Shown here: positions 27,784-37,764 of the stretch, in pieces | Layout: every line of letters begins with the position of its first letter | How positions within the stretch are numbered: position 1 is the first letter of the stretch | Origin: Candidatus Nanopelagicales bacterium | Lineage (GTDB): Bacteria; Actinomycetota; Actinomycetes; S36-B12; UBA5976 | NCBI GenBank assembly: GCA_018402365.1 | Contig: JAGYJD010000005.1 | Location: 11,123-75,122, forward strand | Direction of reading: 5' to 3' | DNA: 64,000 nucleotides | Made by a program: the position numbers and the translations under genes | Notes under the pieces: generated by a model | Databases searched by the model: none | What the model was told of the DNA's origin: nothing | The model's input: only the letters and a program-made list of their open reading frames with translations

Positions 27784-28244
27784 TTTACCCTGCCTGGTTT
27801 TATATTTTTGCCAATGCTTCGATTTGGGTGAGCTGGTCGATTTTGGTGGGTTACGCCGCTAATTTCTTACCTGAAAAATACTTCGAAAAAGACACCCTGA
27901 TAACTCGGCTGCGAAAATTCGAAACACAAGTGTGGTTTCAAAAATATCTAAAGGTGCACATTTCAAAAAAATACCTGCCTGAAAAGGGTGTTATTTTTGG
28001 TAAAGGTACTTCTAAAAAATCTTTGCCACTAGCTGAGCCCGCAGCTTTAAAAAGACTTTTAATCGAAACTCGTCGCGCCGAGTACGTTCACTGGATTGTG
28101 GTATTTGCCTGGGTCTTTACCCTTTGGTTTAACCCACCTTGGGCAGTATGGACGGTTGCCACATTGCTGATTTTTGGAAACCTGCCCTGCATCTTGGTGC
28201 AGCGTTACAACAGGCTGAGACTTTTAAGAATCTTAAAAAACTAA
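27780..28244 (+). CDS. crtO: CrtO-like glycosyl-carotenoid acyltransferase family membrane protein
   Basis: LIETRRAEYVHW and VQRYNRLRLLRILK match the ETxRAExxHW ... QRYNRxRL motifs of glycosyl-4,4'-diaponeurosporenoate acyltransferase. 4-bp overlap with the GT2 gene. Confidence 0.65.
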   Translation: MIYPAWFYIFANASIWVSWSILVGYAANFLPEKYFEKDTLITRLRKFETQVWFQKYLKVHISKKYLPEKGVIFGKGTSKKSLPLAEPAALKRLLIETRRAEYVHWIVVFAWVFTLWFNPPWAVWTVATLLIFGNLPCILVQRYNRLRLLRILKN

Positions 28245-28245
28245 C

Positions 28246-28539
28246 TTAAGCCGCGCGTTCTTGATTTTTAACTGGCAGTTTGACAACCACAGTTTGGCTA
28301 GCGCTTTCTAATTTGGCCATGGCAACACCAGCATTGATCACAACTTCGCTCAAAGGGGCATTCAGGGCATTAGTGATAGCTCGCAATACTTCGCTCGATA
28401 CTTCTTTTTGTCCCCGCTCAATCTCGCTCAAAAACCCTAGCGATACCTTGGCTTTGGCGCTGAGCGCACGCAAAGATAAGCCCTGCTCATTGCGGCGGGC
28501 TTTTAACTCTGTACCTAAGGCCTTACGTAGCGTTGACAA
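28246..28539 (-). CDS. XRE-family helix-turn-helix regulator, ClgR-like by position (upstream of cinA-pgsA)
   Basis: 97 aa, LRALSAKAKVSLGFLSEIERGQKEVS HTH_3 motif. The ClgR assignment comes from synteny only. Confidence 0.6.
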   Translation of the reverse strand: MSTLRKALGTELKARRNEQGLSLRALSAKAKVSLGFLSEIERGQKEVSSEVLRAITNALNAPLSEVVINAGVAMAKLESASQTVVVKLPVKNQERAA

Positions 28540-28584
28540 AACGTCCTTTCGATTCTCACGTTAGTTTACTCTATCTAGTGCGAA

Positions 28585-29052
28585 TTACACCTCAAGCAGT
28601 TTTTCGCGGGCAAACTCCAACGCAATCCCGCAGCTAGCTTGCCGGATTTGCTCACGCGTGCCTGAAAAATGAAAGTTTCTACTCCATGTTTCACCCTGCA
28701 CCCACAGGCCAATAAAGACCAAGCCGACAGGTTTTCCATCCACGCTGGTGGGCCCCGCTATCCCAGTGGTTGAAATCGCTACCTGCGCATCTAGTTTTTG
28801 CGCCACCCCCGCTGCCATTTCGATCGCAGTTTCTTCACTCACCGCACCAAATTCTGCCAGGGTTTTTTCTCTCACTCCTAAAAGTTCTGCCTTGATGTCA
28901 TTTTGATAAGCGAATACCCCGCCTCTTAAAACTTGTGAAACGCCAGCGATTTCGGCCAATTTACTCGTTATTAATCCGGCTGTTAATGATTCAGCAATCG
29001 CAATATTTAACTTCTTTTCAATAAGTATCTCGACTAGTTCGCGCGCACTCAA
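28585..29052 (-). CDS. CinA C-terminal domain protein / nicotinamide-nucleotide amidohydrolase (PncC-like)
   Basis: AIAESLTAGLI, VSxETAxxMAxGV and TGIAGP motifs. 155 aa. Confidence 0.85.
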   Translation of the reverse strand: MSARELVEILIEKKLNIAIAESLTAGLITSKLAEIAGVSQVLRGGVFAYQNDIKAELLGVREKTLAEFGAVSEETAIEMAAGVAQKLDAQVAISTTGIAGPTSVDGKPVGLVFIGLWVQGETWSRNFHFSGTREQIRQASCGIALEFAREKLLEV

Positions 29053-29600
29053 TTTGTAGATTCCCGGCTTAACCCAGCCACTTTGATTACATAATCAATA
29101 CCAGTCACAACTGTTAAGGCGACCGCTAAGGCCATCGATACTGGCGCTATGAAAGCGATTAAGTCAGGCAAAGGCAAAATGAATGCGGTAATAGCAACAA
29201 TTTGCACAATTGTTTTTAACTTTCCACCGCGACTAGCTGCAATCACTTTCTTGCGAATTACCCAAAAACGTAAAAGTGTAATAAAGACTTCGCGGCCCAA
29301 GATCACCCAAACGATCCAAGCCGGGATTAATCCGTGATAGGCCAAGGCAACTAACCCGACACCGATTAATGCCTTATCTGCAATCGGGTCGGCAATTTTT
29401 CCAAAATCAGATTCGATCTTCCACGCTCGGGCAATCGCACCATCTGCAATGTCAGTTAAAAATGCTAGGACAAAAATTACGGCGGTAATAATTCGATTGG
29501 TTGGGTCCATCGCATTTTCACCAAACAGCAAAACCAGTAGCACCGGCACCGAGACGATTCTGAGCAAGGTCAGAATGTTGGGGACTTGATTGGTCATCAC
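29049..29600 (-). CDS. pgsA: CDP-diacylglycerol--glycerol-3-phosphate 3-phosphatidyltransferase
   Basis: CDP-alcohol phosphatidyltransferase motif DGAIAR...G...DPIADK. 183 aa, multi-TM. Confidence 0.9.
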   Translation of the reverse strand: MMTNQVPNILTLLRIVSVPVLLVLLFGENAMDPTNRIITAVIFVLAFLTDIADGAIARAWKIESDFGKIADPIADKALIGVGLVALAYHGLIPAWIVWVILGREVFITLLRFWVIRKKVIAASRGGKLKTIVQIVAITAFILPLPDLIAFIAPVSMALAVALTVVTGIDYVIKVAGLSRESTN

Positions 29601-30949
29601 AACTCCTCCCCTATCAAATCGGCACCTAGATTGCTAGTAACAGAAATATTAACCAATTGTCCAACTTTATATTTACCCATAGGCAAGTGAGTTGTTCCAT
29701 CAACATCCGGCCCTTGGTGGCGGGAGCGCCCAAAATACTGACCGTCCTCTAGCCCCTCAATTAAGACCTGAGTTTGCTCGCCCACCCTTGAAGCTGCCCT
29801 TTGGTCTATCAGCTCTTCAGCCAAGAATTTGAGCTCATTGAACCGTTGCCGCTTTTCGCCGCTTGAAATCTGACCCTCATAATCAAAAGCAGCCGTGTTG
29901 TCCTCGTTGGCATATTCAAAAATTCCGATTGAATCAAGATCTGCTAACTCAATGAAGCTCATCAACTCTTCAAATTCACTTTCGCTCTCTTGCACAAATC
30001 CAACAATGAAATTGCTGCGAATACCGGCCGCCGGATTTGCCGTGCGAATCTCGCTAATCATCGAGAGAAATTCATCTTTTGACCCAAAGCGCTTCATCCG
30101 CCGCAGCAGTGAATTTGAGGCATGCTGAAACGAGAGGTCAAAATATGGCACCACTTTTTCGGTTTCTAAAATGCTTTTAGTCAAACTAGGCCGCATCTCA
30201 GCTGGTTGCAAGTAAGAGAGCCGAATCCAATCTAAGCCGTTGATTTTTGCTAACTCTTCAATGAGTTTTTCAAGAGAGCGCAAATCCCCCAAGTCTTTGC
30301 CATAACTCGTCGTGTTCTCAGAAACTAAAAAGACTTCTTTTACGCCTTCACTCGCTAGCCAATGGGCCTCGTCAACTATTTCTTCTATGCTGCGTGAAAT
30401 ATAGGACCCTCTAAAGCGAGGGATCGCGCAAAAAGTGCAACGCCGATCGCAGCCAGAAGCAATCTTCAAAGGACTCGAAGGCCCACTCTCAAGTCGGGTG
30501 CGATGACTAAATTTAGCCGCTTGCTTGCGTTCAACTGGCGTAACCGGCAAGAGCAATCTTCGATCTTGCACCTTAGGTGCAGCTAACTTTTCACCATTTA
30601 AAATCCGCATAACCTTTTGCGCTATATCTGGATAATCATCAAAACCTAAGATTGCATCCGCTTCAGGTAAAGCTTGCTCGAGCTCAGCCCCATAACGCTC
30701 CGCCATGCAACCCACTGCAACTACAGCCTTAACACCACTAGAATTTTTTAATTCACTTGCTTCAAGCAGCGTATCGATGCTGTCTTTTTTAGCTTGCTCT
30801 ATAAACCCACAGGTATTTACTAAAACTGCATCAGCTTTTTCAGGGTCTTTTTCTAAAATTAAACCATCAGCTTTTAATTTAGCCGCTAACTCTTCACTGT
30901 CTACATCATTTCGCGCACAGCCTAAAGAGATAATCGCGACTTTTGTCAT
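29597..30949 (-). CDS. rimO: ribosomal protein S12 methylthiotransferase
   Basis: SLGCARN N-domain, radical-SAM CDRRCTFC, TRAM C-terminus. Overall RimO layout, distinct from the MiaB at 21487. Confidence 0.85.
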   Translation of the reverse strand: MTKVAIISLGCARNDVDSEELAAKLKADGLILEKDPEKADAVLVNTCGFIEQAKKDSIDTLLEASELKNSSGVKAVVAVGCMAERYGAELEQALPEADAILGFDDYPDIAQKVMRILNGEKLAAPKVQDRRLLLPVTPVERKQAAKFSHRTRLESGPSSPLKIASGCDRRCTFCAIPRFRGSYISRSIEEIVDEAHWLASEGVKEVFLVSENTTSYGKDLGDLRSLEKLIEELAKINGLDWIRLSYLQPAEMRPSLTKSILETEKVVPYFDLSFQHASNSLLRRMKRFGSKDEFLSMISEIRTANPAAGIRSNFIVGFVQESESEFEELMSFIELADLDSIGIFEYANEDNTAAFDYEGQISSGEKRQRFNELKFLAEELIDQRAASRVGEQTQVLIEGLEDGQYFGRSRHQGPDVDGTTHLPMGKYKVGQLVNISVTSNLGADLIGEEL

Positions 30950-30984
30950 ATCTTGCAGTCTAGGGCAAGGTTAAAATTGCTTTA

Positions 30985-31815
30985 TTAATTACATTCTAAA
31001 GTTGTGAAAGTAACGCTACAGCGCTTGACTTCACCACTACCGCCAATTTTTCCGAATACTTGGCCATTGAGGCTCACGTTCAAGGCCCCAGCGTTGCCAA
31101 CTAATAATCTAACTTCTTCTAAATTTGAAATGGTTTGAGATTCACCCTGCCGAATTGTGGCCTCAAAAATAGTTTCATCATCTAGATCACTCACTCGCAC
31201 CCAGCTGGCACCATCGGTTGCCTCTAGCACTAATAAAACCAAATCATCAGCCGTAGAAGCTGTTAAATTCTCTTCTGCTTCATTAGCCGGTCTAGCTGGT
31301 GTGGTGGCCGCCACGTTTTCTTCTTCTTCAAATACTTCTGAAACATCAGCAATTGGAGGTACTACTGCATCTTGATTCACTCTAGTAACAAAAGAATATA
31401 TTCCAACTACCAAAACCAAGGCTAGGGCTGTCACCATCAGGCTGGTCCAATTAAAACCAGAAGTAGTTTTAATCTCTCGGGAGTTTAAACTAACTTTTTC
31501 TAAATCAAATTCATTATCTAAGGCAACTTCGGGATTACTGCTAAGCGATTGATTTACTACTTTATCTAAAGGGGTATCACCTGTAGATACAAATCCTTTC
31601 AATAATTCAGTCGGATCAATGTCCATTAACTTTGCATACACAGCTATATGCCCGCGAGCATAAGTTGGTGCGCCTACTTTTTCAAATTCATCAGCTTCAA
31701 TATATTTAAGTAAGGTCACTCTGACTTTTGTTTTATCAGCAACATCTTCTAAAGAGAGGCCGCGCGCTATTCGAGCATCCCGCAACACTTGACCTATAGA
31801 CATATCAAATCCCAT
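30985..31815 (-). CDS. RodZ-like protein (N-terminal HTH, TM segment, C-terminal DUF4115)
   Basis: LRDARIARGLSLEDVADKTKV HTH, a central TM (LMVTALALVLVVGIYSF) and the C-terminal ...LLVGNAGALNVSLNG motif. Confidence 0.7.
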   Translation of the reverse strand: MGFDMSIGQVLRDARIARGLSLEDVADKTKVRVTLLKYIEADEFEKVGAPTYARGHIAVYAKLMDIDPTELLKGFVSTGDTPLDKVVNQSLSSNPEVALDNEFDLEKVSLNSREIKTTSGFNWTSLMVTALALVLVVGIYSFVTRVNQDAVVPPIADVSEVFEEEENVAATTPARPANEAEENLTASTADDLVLLVLEATDGASWVRVSDLDDETIFEATIRQGESQTISNLEEVRLLVGNAGALNVSLNGQVFGKIGGSGEVKRCSVTFTTLECN

Positions 31816-31920
31816 TAAGTATCCGAAATCTCAACTGATCTAAAATCTCGGTATCTTAAGAATGGCATATAGGCTAGCGCACAACAAGTCCGCTAAGTAA
31901 ACACTTGGTTAAATCTCCAC

Positions 31921-31941
31921 AAAATGGGGACTTTGACCCCA
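31921..31941 (-). terminator. weak candidate terminator after ftsK
   Basis: The minus strand reads CTGGGGtcaaagtCCCCATTTT, 20 nt after the ftsK stop. The stem is only 5 bp. Confidence 0.3.
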
Positions 31942-31960
31942 GAAAATACTACGTACTCCC

Positions 31961-34516
31961 TTAATCCACTTCACCGCGTAGCGCACTGAGAGTGTCAACT
32001 AATTCTTCTGGTTTGGCTAAAACTTCTCTGGCTTTAGACCCTTCACTGGGCCCCACGATTCCGCGACTTTCCATCAAGTCCATTAGACGTCCTGCTTTAG
32101 CAAATCCCACTCTTAATTTTCTTTGCAGCATTGATGTTGAACCCAATTGCGTTGAAACAACTAGTTCAGTTGCTGCTAACAACATATCGATATCAGCGCC
32201 AATATCGTTTTCGATATTGCTGCGCACAGTTTGTGGTTGTAAAACATCTTCACGATATTCAGGCTCACCTTGTGCGGTCCACGAATTTACCACGGCGCGA
32301 ATTTCTTTTTCACTAACAAAAGCACCTTGAATGCGAATTGATTTTGACGCACCCATTGGCAAAAAGAGGCCATCGCCTTGGCCCACTAATTTTTCAGCAC
32401 CAGCTTGATCCAAAATAACTCTTGAATCAGCTAAAGAAGAAGTAGCAAAAGCTAAACGAGAAGGAATGTTTGCCTTAATTAATCCGGTTACCACATCAAC
32501 CGAAGGTCTTTGAGTAGCAATAACTAAGTGAATACCAGCTGCACGTGCCAACTGGGTAATTCTCACAATTGAATCTTCTACGTCTCTTGGGGCCACCATC
32601 ATTAAGTCAGCCAACTCATCAACAATTACCAAAAGATATGGATAAGTTTTTGGCTCTGGCATTTCTTCACTCTTGGCCAAAACTTTGCCTTGCTTTACTG
32701 CCTTGTTGTAATCATCTAGATGTCTAAAGCCATGTGCGTGCAATGCGTCATAACGCATATCCATTTCTTTTACAACCCATTGCAAAATGTCCGCGGCTTT
32801 TTTAGGGTGGGTAACAATTGGTGTAATTAAATGAGGCACACCAGCGTAATTACTTAACTCAACTCGTTTTGGATCAACCAAAACCAGTCTCACATCTTCT
32901 GGGGTTGCCCTCATCAAAATAGAAGTGATGAGTGAATTGATGCAACTTGATTTACCCGAACCAGTTGACCCAGCCACCAAAAGGTGTGGCATCTTTGCCA
33001 AGTTAGCAACGATGGTGTGACCTTCTACGTCTTTACCTAAACCGACTATTAAGGGGTGGGTATCATCTGTGGCAACTGCGCTTTTTAATAAGTCATGTAA
33101 CGCTACTAATTCACGATCTGAATTTGGTATCTCAACACCGATCGCGCTCTTGCCTGGGATCGGACTCAAAATTCTCACATCAGCCGAAGCCACCGCATAA
33201 GAAATATTTTTACTTAACGCCGTAACCCGCTCTACCTTTACGCCGGTTCCCAGCTCTACCTCATAGCGGGTAACGGTAGGTCCGCGAGAAAAACCTGTCA
33301 CCTGCGCATCAATATCAAATTGGGCAAATACTTGCGTTAATGCCTCAACCACTTGGTCGTTAACCTTGCTCTTAGCTTTGGGCGCTCCCCCTGGATTTAA
33401 GCAATCAGCAGAAGGCAATTTGTAGTTATAAGCCGAAGAAAGCGTTAATTGCCTTGCCTTAACTGGAGCTTTAGCTTTTGAAACTTTGATGGTCGGGATC
33501 GGCATGGTCTCATCATTTGCCTCAACCGTGATTGGAATTGGCATAGTTTGATCAATCTCTGCTTCAATTTGCTCTTCATCTACTAGTAATGGTGAGACAT
33601 CAAAAGGCTCATCTGCAAAGGCTGATTCGATAATTTCGACTTCATCGGTATCTTCAAATTTAGGAAACAACTTGCTAAAAAAACTCTTCTTTTTGGCAAC
33701 TGGCTCTTCTACTAATTCTTCGTCTTCATCATCTGCTTCAATTACCGCATCGTGCACCCCGGTAAACACCTCATCAACTGCCCGAACTAAATCAGCATCA
33801 GCCTTCTTAGGTGCCCGCTTCAAATTAACCTTGGGCATCGAACTCTTTATTTGCATAAAGAAAACACCCACTGGGGCCATTTTGCGTGGTATGGCTGTAA
33901 TTGGCGTTTTAGTCGTTACTAGTAGACCAAAAAACAGTAATAAAAACAGTAATAAAGAAGTGATCACACTATTACTTAGCGTCACTAGAGGCGCTGAAAC
34001 CAACCAACCCAGCCAGCCAGCCCCTGCCTGCATCGCCAAAACTCCATCAGCTGGGATTGGTAAGTCTTGCAAAATATGCCAAAGCCCCGCAACTGAAATC
34101 AAAATCGCGCTTAATCCAATAACTACTCTTGGTCCGTCACCTTTTTTGGTTGGATTTCTAAAACTGCTCCAAGCCCCCCAGATCATTACCACCGGAGCTA
34201 ACACTGAAAGTGAACCAACCGCCCCGCCAATAACCGTGCGTGAAAGATTTGTTAGTGGGCTCTCAACATAAAACCAAACATCTGCCGCGACAATAATTGT
34301 CATTGCTAAAAGTAATAAACCCAAGCCATCTCGTCGTTGCGCTTGGTCTATCTCTTTGGCTCCACGCAAAACCGTGCCTAAAGCACGAGCAACTGCGCTC
34401 CAACCCATACCTATTAATAGAGCAATTCGGCCTAAAACCAACACCACAGGATTGGGCCCCGCAGGTCTTTTTCTACCCCTACTTTGGGCGCGCGAAGGTG
34501 TTTTAGTTGCCATCAC
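31961..34516 (-). CDS. ftsK: DNA translocase FtsK
   Basis: N-terminal TM helices, a long acidic linker, a motor domain with Walker A GSTGSGKS and Walker B VIVDELADL, and a C-terminal gamma (KOPS) domain SxLQRKLRVGFAKAGRLMDxME. Confidence 0.95.
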   Translation of the reverse strand: MMATKTPSRAQSRGRKRPAGPNPVVLVLGRIALLIGMGWSAVARALGTVLRGAKEIDQAQRRDGLGLLLLAMTIIVAADVWFYVESPLTNLSRTVIGGAVGSLSVLAPVVMIWGAWSSFRNPTKKGDGPRVVIGLSAILISVAGLWHILQDLPIPADGVLAMQAGAGWLGWLVSAPLVTLSNSVITSLLLFLLLFFGLLVTTKTPITAIPRKMAPVGVFFMQIKSSMPKVNLKRAPKKADADLVRAVDEVFTGVHDAVIEADDEDEELVEEPVAKKKSFFSKLFPKFEDTDEVEIIESAFADEPFDVSPLLVDEEQIEAEIDQTMPIPITVEANDETMPIPTIKVSKAKAPVKARQLTLSSAYNYKLPSADCLNPGGAPKAKSKVNDQVVEALTQVFAQFDIDAQVTGFSRGPTVTRYEVELGTGVKVERVTALSKNISYAVASADVRILSPIPGKSAIGVEIPNSDRELVALHDLLKSAVATDDTHPLIVGLGKDVEGHTIVANLAKMPHLLVAGSTGSGKSSCINSLITSILMRATPEDVRLVLVDPKRVELSNYAGVPHLITPIVTHPKKAADILQWVVKEMDMRYDALHAHGFRHLDDYNKAVKQGKVLAKSEEMPEPKTYPYLLVIVDELADLMMVAPRDVEDSIVRITQLARAAGIHLVIATQRPSVDVVTGLIKANIPSRLAFATSSLADSRVILDQAGAEKLVGQGDGLFLPMGASKSIRIQGAFVSEKEIRAVVNSWTAQGEPEYREDVLQPQTVRSNIENDIGADIDMLLAATELVVSTQLGSTSMLQRKLRVGFAKAGRLMDLMESRGIVGPSEGSKAREVLAKPEELVDTLSALRGEVD

Positions 34517-34588
34517 ATCAGATTACTCCTAAAAAACACCTGCCCCAAAGGTCTCAAGGGCCTCGCGTGTCGCAAAAGTACCTTTGAG

Positions 34589-34789
34589 CTACCCCTCGAA
34601 GCCAGCTTCTCGATGACTGCCGTCGCAAAAGGGCATGGTCTTTGATTGACCGCAGCGGCAGAATGATCTTTTACCATCTATCACTTCTGTAACTTCTTCA
34701 CCAGCATCATTGGTGTAGGTAAGGGTGTATTTACCAGTTACCTTTAATGAACCTTTTTTATTTATTGATACTGAATTTTCTTCGCTCAT
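34589..34789 (-). CDS. CDGSH-type iron-sulfur domain protein
   Basis: 66 aa with CRCGQSKTMPFCDGSH, the CDGSH 2Fe-2S signature. Confidence 0.8.
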   Translation of the reverse strand: MSEENSVSINKKGSLKVTGKYTLTYTNDAGEEVTEVIDGKRSFCRCGQSKTMPFCDGSHREAGFEG

Positions 34790-34798
34790 TTTCTCCCC

Positions 34799-36478
34799 TT
34801 AGGCCTCAACGACTACCGGAATAATCATAGGTTTTCTGCGGTGTTGCTCGGCGACCCACTTGCCTGTTACGCGGCGCACGATTTTTTGCAAGGTGTGCTG
34901 GTCAACAACGTCGGTTTTCAACGCATCTTCCAGTGCGTTTTTAATCAATGGAACTACTTTGTCAAAGACGGCTTCGTTTTCTGAGAACCCTCGCGCATGC
35001 ACTTCGGGGCCAGCTACAACTTTGCCTTCAACCGCATCAACTACCACTACCACTGAGATAAAACCTTCTTCACCCAAAATACGACGGTCTTTCAAAGATG
35101 TTTCAGCGACCGAGCCCACACTTGAGCCATCCACAAACACATAACCACACGGCACTGATCCAACTATTTTTGCTTCACCTTTATATAAATCTGTCACTAA
35201 GCCATCTTCAACCAAAACAACATTTTCGATCCCGGTTTGCTTACCTAGGCGGCTATTGGCAACCAAATGTCTTGGCTCACCATGCACTGGCATTAAGTTT
35301 TTAGGTTTAGTGATGTTATAAAAGTGCAGTAATTCACCCGCAGCAGCGTGACCTGAGACGTGCACTTTGGCATTACCTGAATGCACAACTCTTGCACCAA
35401 GACGAGTTAAGCCATTGATTACTCGGTTAACTGAATCTTCATTACCCGGAATCATTGACGAAGCCAATATCACTGTGTCGTTTTCAGTTAAACGAATTTT
35501 GTGATCCATCCCTGCCATTCGGCTTAACGCTGCCATTGGCTCACCTTGAGAACCGGTAGTAATTAAGACAACTTCATTGTCAGCAAAGGATTCGACTTTA
35601 TCTAAATTAATCATTACGCCAGGTGGAACATCAAGATAACCTAAATCTGAAGCAATCTTCATATTGCGAACCATCGAGCGCCCCACATAGGCAACTTTGC
35701 GACCGTGTATTGATGCAGCGTTGATAACTTGCTGGACGCGATGCACATGAGAGGCAAATGAGGCAACCACTACTCGCCCGCGAGAAGAGAGAATCACACC
35801 TTCTAAAACACCTTGAATATCTTTTTCCATTGCAACAAACCCAGGCACCTCTGCATTGGTTGAATCACAAAGCAAGAGATCAATACCTTCATCACCTAAA
35901 CGGGCAAAACCATTTAAATCAGTGACGCGACCATCAAGTGGTAGTTGATCCATCTTGAAGTCGCCAGTGTGCACAATTGTTTGATCAAAAGCTTTTATAG
36001 ATAGCGCTAAAGCATCTGGGATTGAGTGAGTTACTGAAAGAAAGCCGATCTCAAAGTCGCCTATAGATATAGTGTCGCCTTCTTTGACTCCCCGTAAGTC
36101 TGCATCAATTCGATGCTCTGAAAGCTTGGCTTCGACAAAAGCTAGACACAATTTTGAACCATAAATTGGCACTGCCGGGATTTCTCTCAATAGATACGGC
36201 ACCGCGCCTATGTGATCTTCGTGTCCGTGAGTTAAAACCACACCCGCTACTTTTTGCCACTTATCTCGCAAATAATCAAAATCGGGCAAAATTAAATCTA
36301 CCCCTGGCTGCACATCATCTGGAAACAAAACTCCAACATCAACAATCAAGATCGAGTCTTTAGTTTCGAACACGGTCATGTTGCGACCAATTTCACCGAT
36401 GCCACCCAGCGGAATAATCCGCACGGTTTCGTTATTTAATTGCGGCGGTAATGGAAACTCAAAATGTGGATGGGTCAA
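34799..36478 (-). CDS. rnj: ribonuclease J
   Basis: Metallo-beta-lactamase HGHEDHIG, beta-CASP and C-terminal domains. 559 aa. Overlaps the dapA stop by 4 bp. Confidence 0.95.
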   Translation of the reverse strand: MTHPHFEFPLPPQLNNETVRIIPLGGIGEIGRNMTVFETKDSILIVDVGVLFPDDVQPGVDLILPDFDYLRDKWQKVAGVVLTHGHEDHIGAVPYLLREIPAVPIYGSKLCLAFVEAKLSEHRIDADLRGVKEGDTISIGDFEIGFLSVTHSIPDALALSIKAFDQTIVHTGDFKMDQLPLDGRVTDLNGFARLGDEGIDLLLCDSTNAEVPGFVAMEKDIQGVLEGVILSSRGRVVVASFASHVHRVQQVINAASIHGRKVAYVGRSMVRNMKIASDLGYLDVPPGVMINLDKVESFADNEVVLITTGSQGEPMAALSRMAGMDHKIRLTENDTVILASSMIPGNEDSVNRVINGLTRLGARVVHSGNAKVHVSGHAAAGELLHFYNITKPKNLMPVHGEPRHLVANSRLGKQTGIENVVLVEDGLVTDLYKGEAKIVGSVPCGYVFVDGSSVGSVAETSLKDRRILGEEGFISVVVVVDAVEGKVVAGPEVHARGFSENEAVFDKVVPLIKNALEDALKTDVVDQHTLQKIVRRVTGKWVAEQHRRKPMIIPVVVEA

Positions 36479-37374
36479 ACTTCAACTCCCCCAGCGCGCA
36501 ATGATGCAACCAACTCAGCTACTTGAGCATCGTCAGCTGCTACCAACGGCAACCGCGGGGATCCTGCCGGTAATTTTTTCAAATTTAAATAAGCCTTAAC
36601 GCTCATCACACCTGGCATTCTGCCCATCACGCCGTAATAAACCGGAGTTAATTCTTTATGCATTTTAGTAGCAGCTGCTACCTCACCATCAAAATACAAA
36701 CCCATCATTTTGCCAATTCGATCGGCAACTACGTGCCCAACCACACTCACACAACCCACCGCACCAATAGTCAATAGTGGCAAATTCAAAATATCGTCAC
36801 CAGAAAACCATTGCAATTTAGAATTAGTGATTACTCTGGATGCTGCTTCAAAATTATTTTTAGCATCTTTATTTGCCATAATTCGCGGATGCTCAGCTAA
36901 CTTCAACATGGTGTCAACTTCAATCGGCACCCCGCTTCTACCCGGAATGTCATACATCATCAAAGGTAAGCCGCAACCGTCTGCCACCGTTGTAAAGTGA
37001 GCGATCAATCCAGCTTGCGTTGGTTTGTTGTAATAAGGCGTCACAACTAAAATTGCGTCCGCGCCAAGTCGCTCTGCATCTTGGGCCAACATCAAGGTGT
37101 GGGCAGTGTCGTTAGAGCCAACTCCGGCAATTACTTTTGCTCGAGATCCCACTGCCTCGATCACAGCTTTTAAAACTTCATTTTTTTCATCTTCAGTTGT
37201 GGTGGCAGATTCGCCGGTTGTGCCATTAACCACTAAACCATTGTTACCAAGGTCGACCAAATAAGAGGCAAGCTTCGCAGCCCCCTCAACATCCACCGAA
37301 CCATCAGCCTTGAACGGCGTGACCATGGCAGTAACCATGTTGCCAAACGGGGTGATCGGAAAACTCATAGTCAA
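36475..37374 (-). CDS. dapA: 4-hydroxy-tetrahydrodipicolinate synthase
   Basis: GTTGES, YNKPxQ and catalytic-Lys region (MANKDA) motifs. 299 aa. Confidence 0.95.
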   Translation of the reverse strand: MTMSFPITPFGNMVTAMVTPFKADGSVDVEGAAKLASYLVDLGNNGLVVNGTTGESATTTEDEKNEVLKAVIEAVGSRAKVIAGVGSNDTAHTLMLAQDAERLGADAILVVTPYYNKPTQAGLIAHFTTVADGCGLPLMMYDIPGRSGVPIEVDTMLKLAEHPRIMANKDAKNNFEAASRVITNSKLQWFSGDDILNLPLLTIGAVGCVSVVGHVVADRIGKMMGLYFDGEVAAATKMHKELTPVYYGVMGRMPGVMSVKAYLNLKKLPAGSPRLPLVAADDAQVAELVASLRAGGVEV

Positions 37375-37764
37375 AGGTTAGTGCAAACCCCCTCCAGGCG
37401 AGAAATTCAATATATGGCTTTTTGAGCAAAGTTGTTTTCTTGGTGAAATCTTGAATCTCCCTGCAAATGAGAGACTTTATTCTTGAGCGACCTTTTTCTC
37501 AAAACCAAACCCAGGGTCTATATAAGAGAAAAAGTCCTTTATTTTTGAGCCAATCGTTACCTGTCGTTACTTTTGAGAGAATACCAACTAAAAAGTCTTA
37601 AAATGAATAAAATGCGGAGATAAATTTTTTGAAAATAAATTTTCTCACTCAAAAGAATTTTGCCCCTAAGTGGATGTAGCCCATAAAGGTGTAGGTTTTC
37701 GAACTAATATTTTAGCTTTTGAGGTTCCGGGTTAGGTCTAGAGTTTAGGATTAAAATCAAGATT

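Noticed and set aside
33672-34271. 199-aa plus-strand ORF
   Set aside because: It is antisense to the ftsK linker and TM region. Its Ser/Thr-rich low-complexity product is a mirror-frame artefact.
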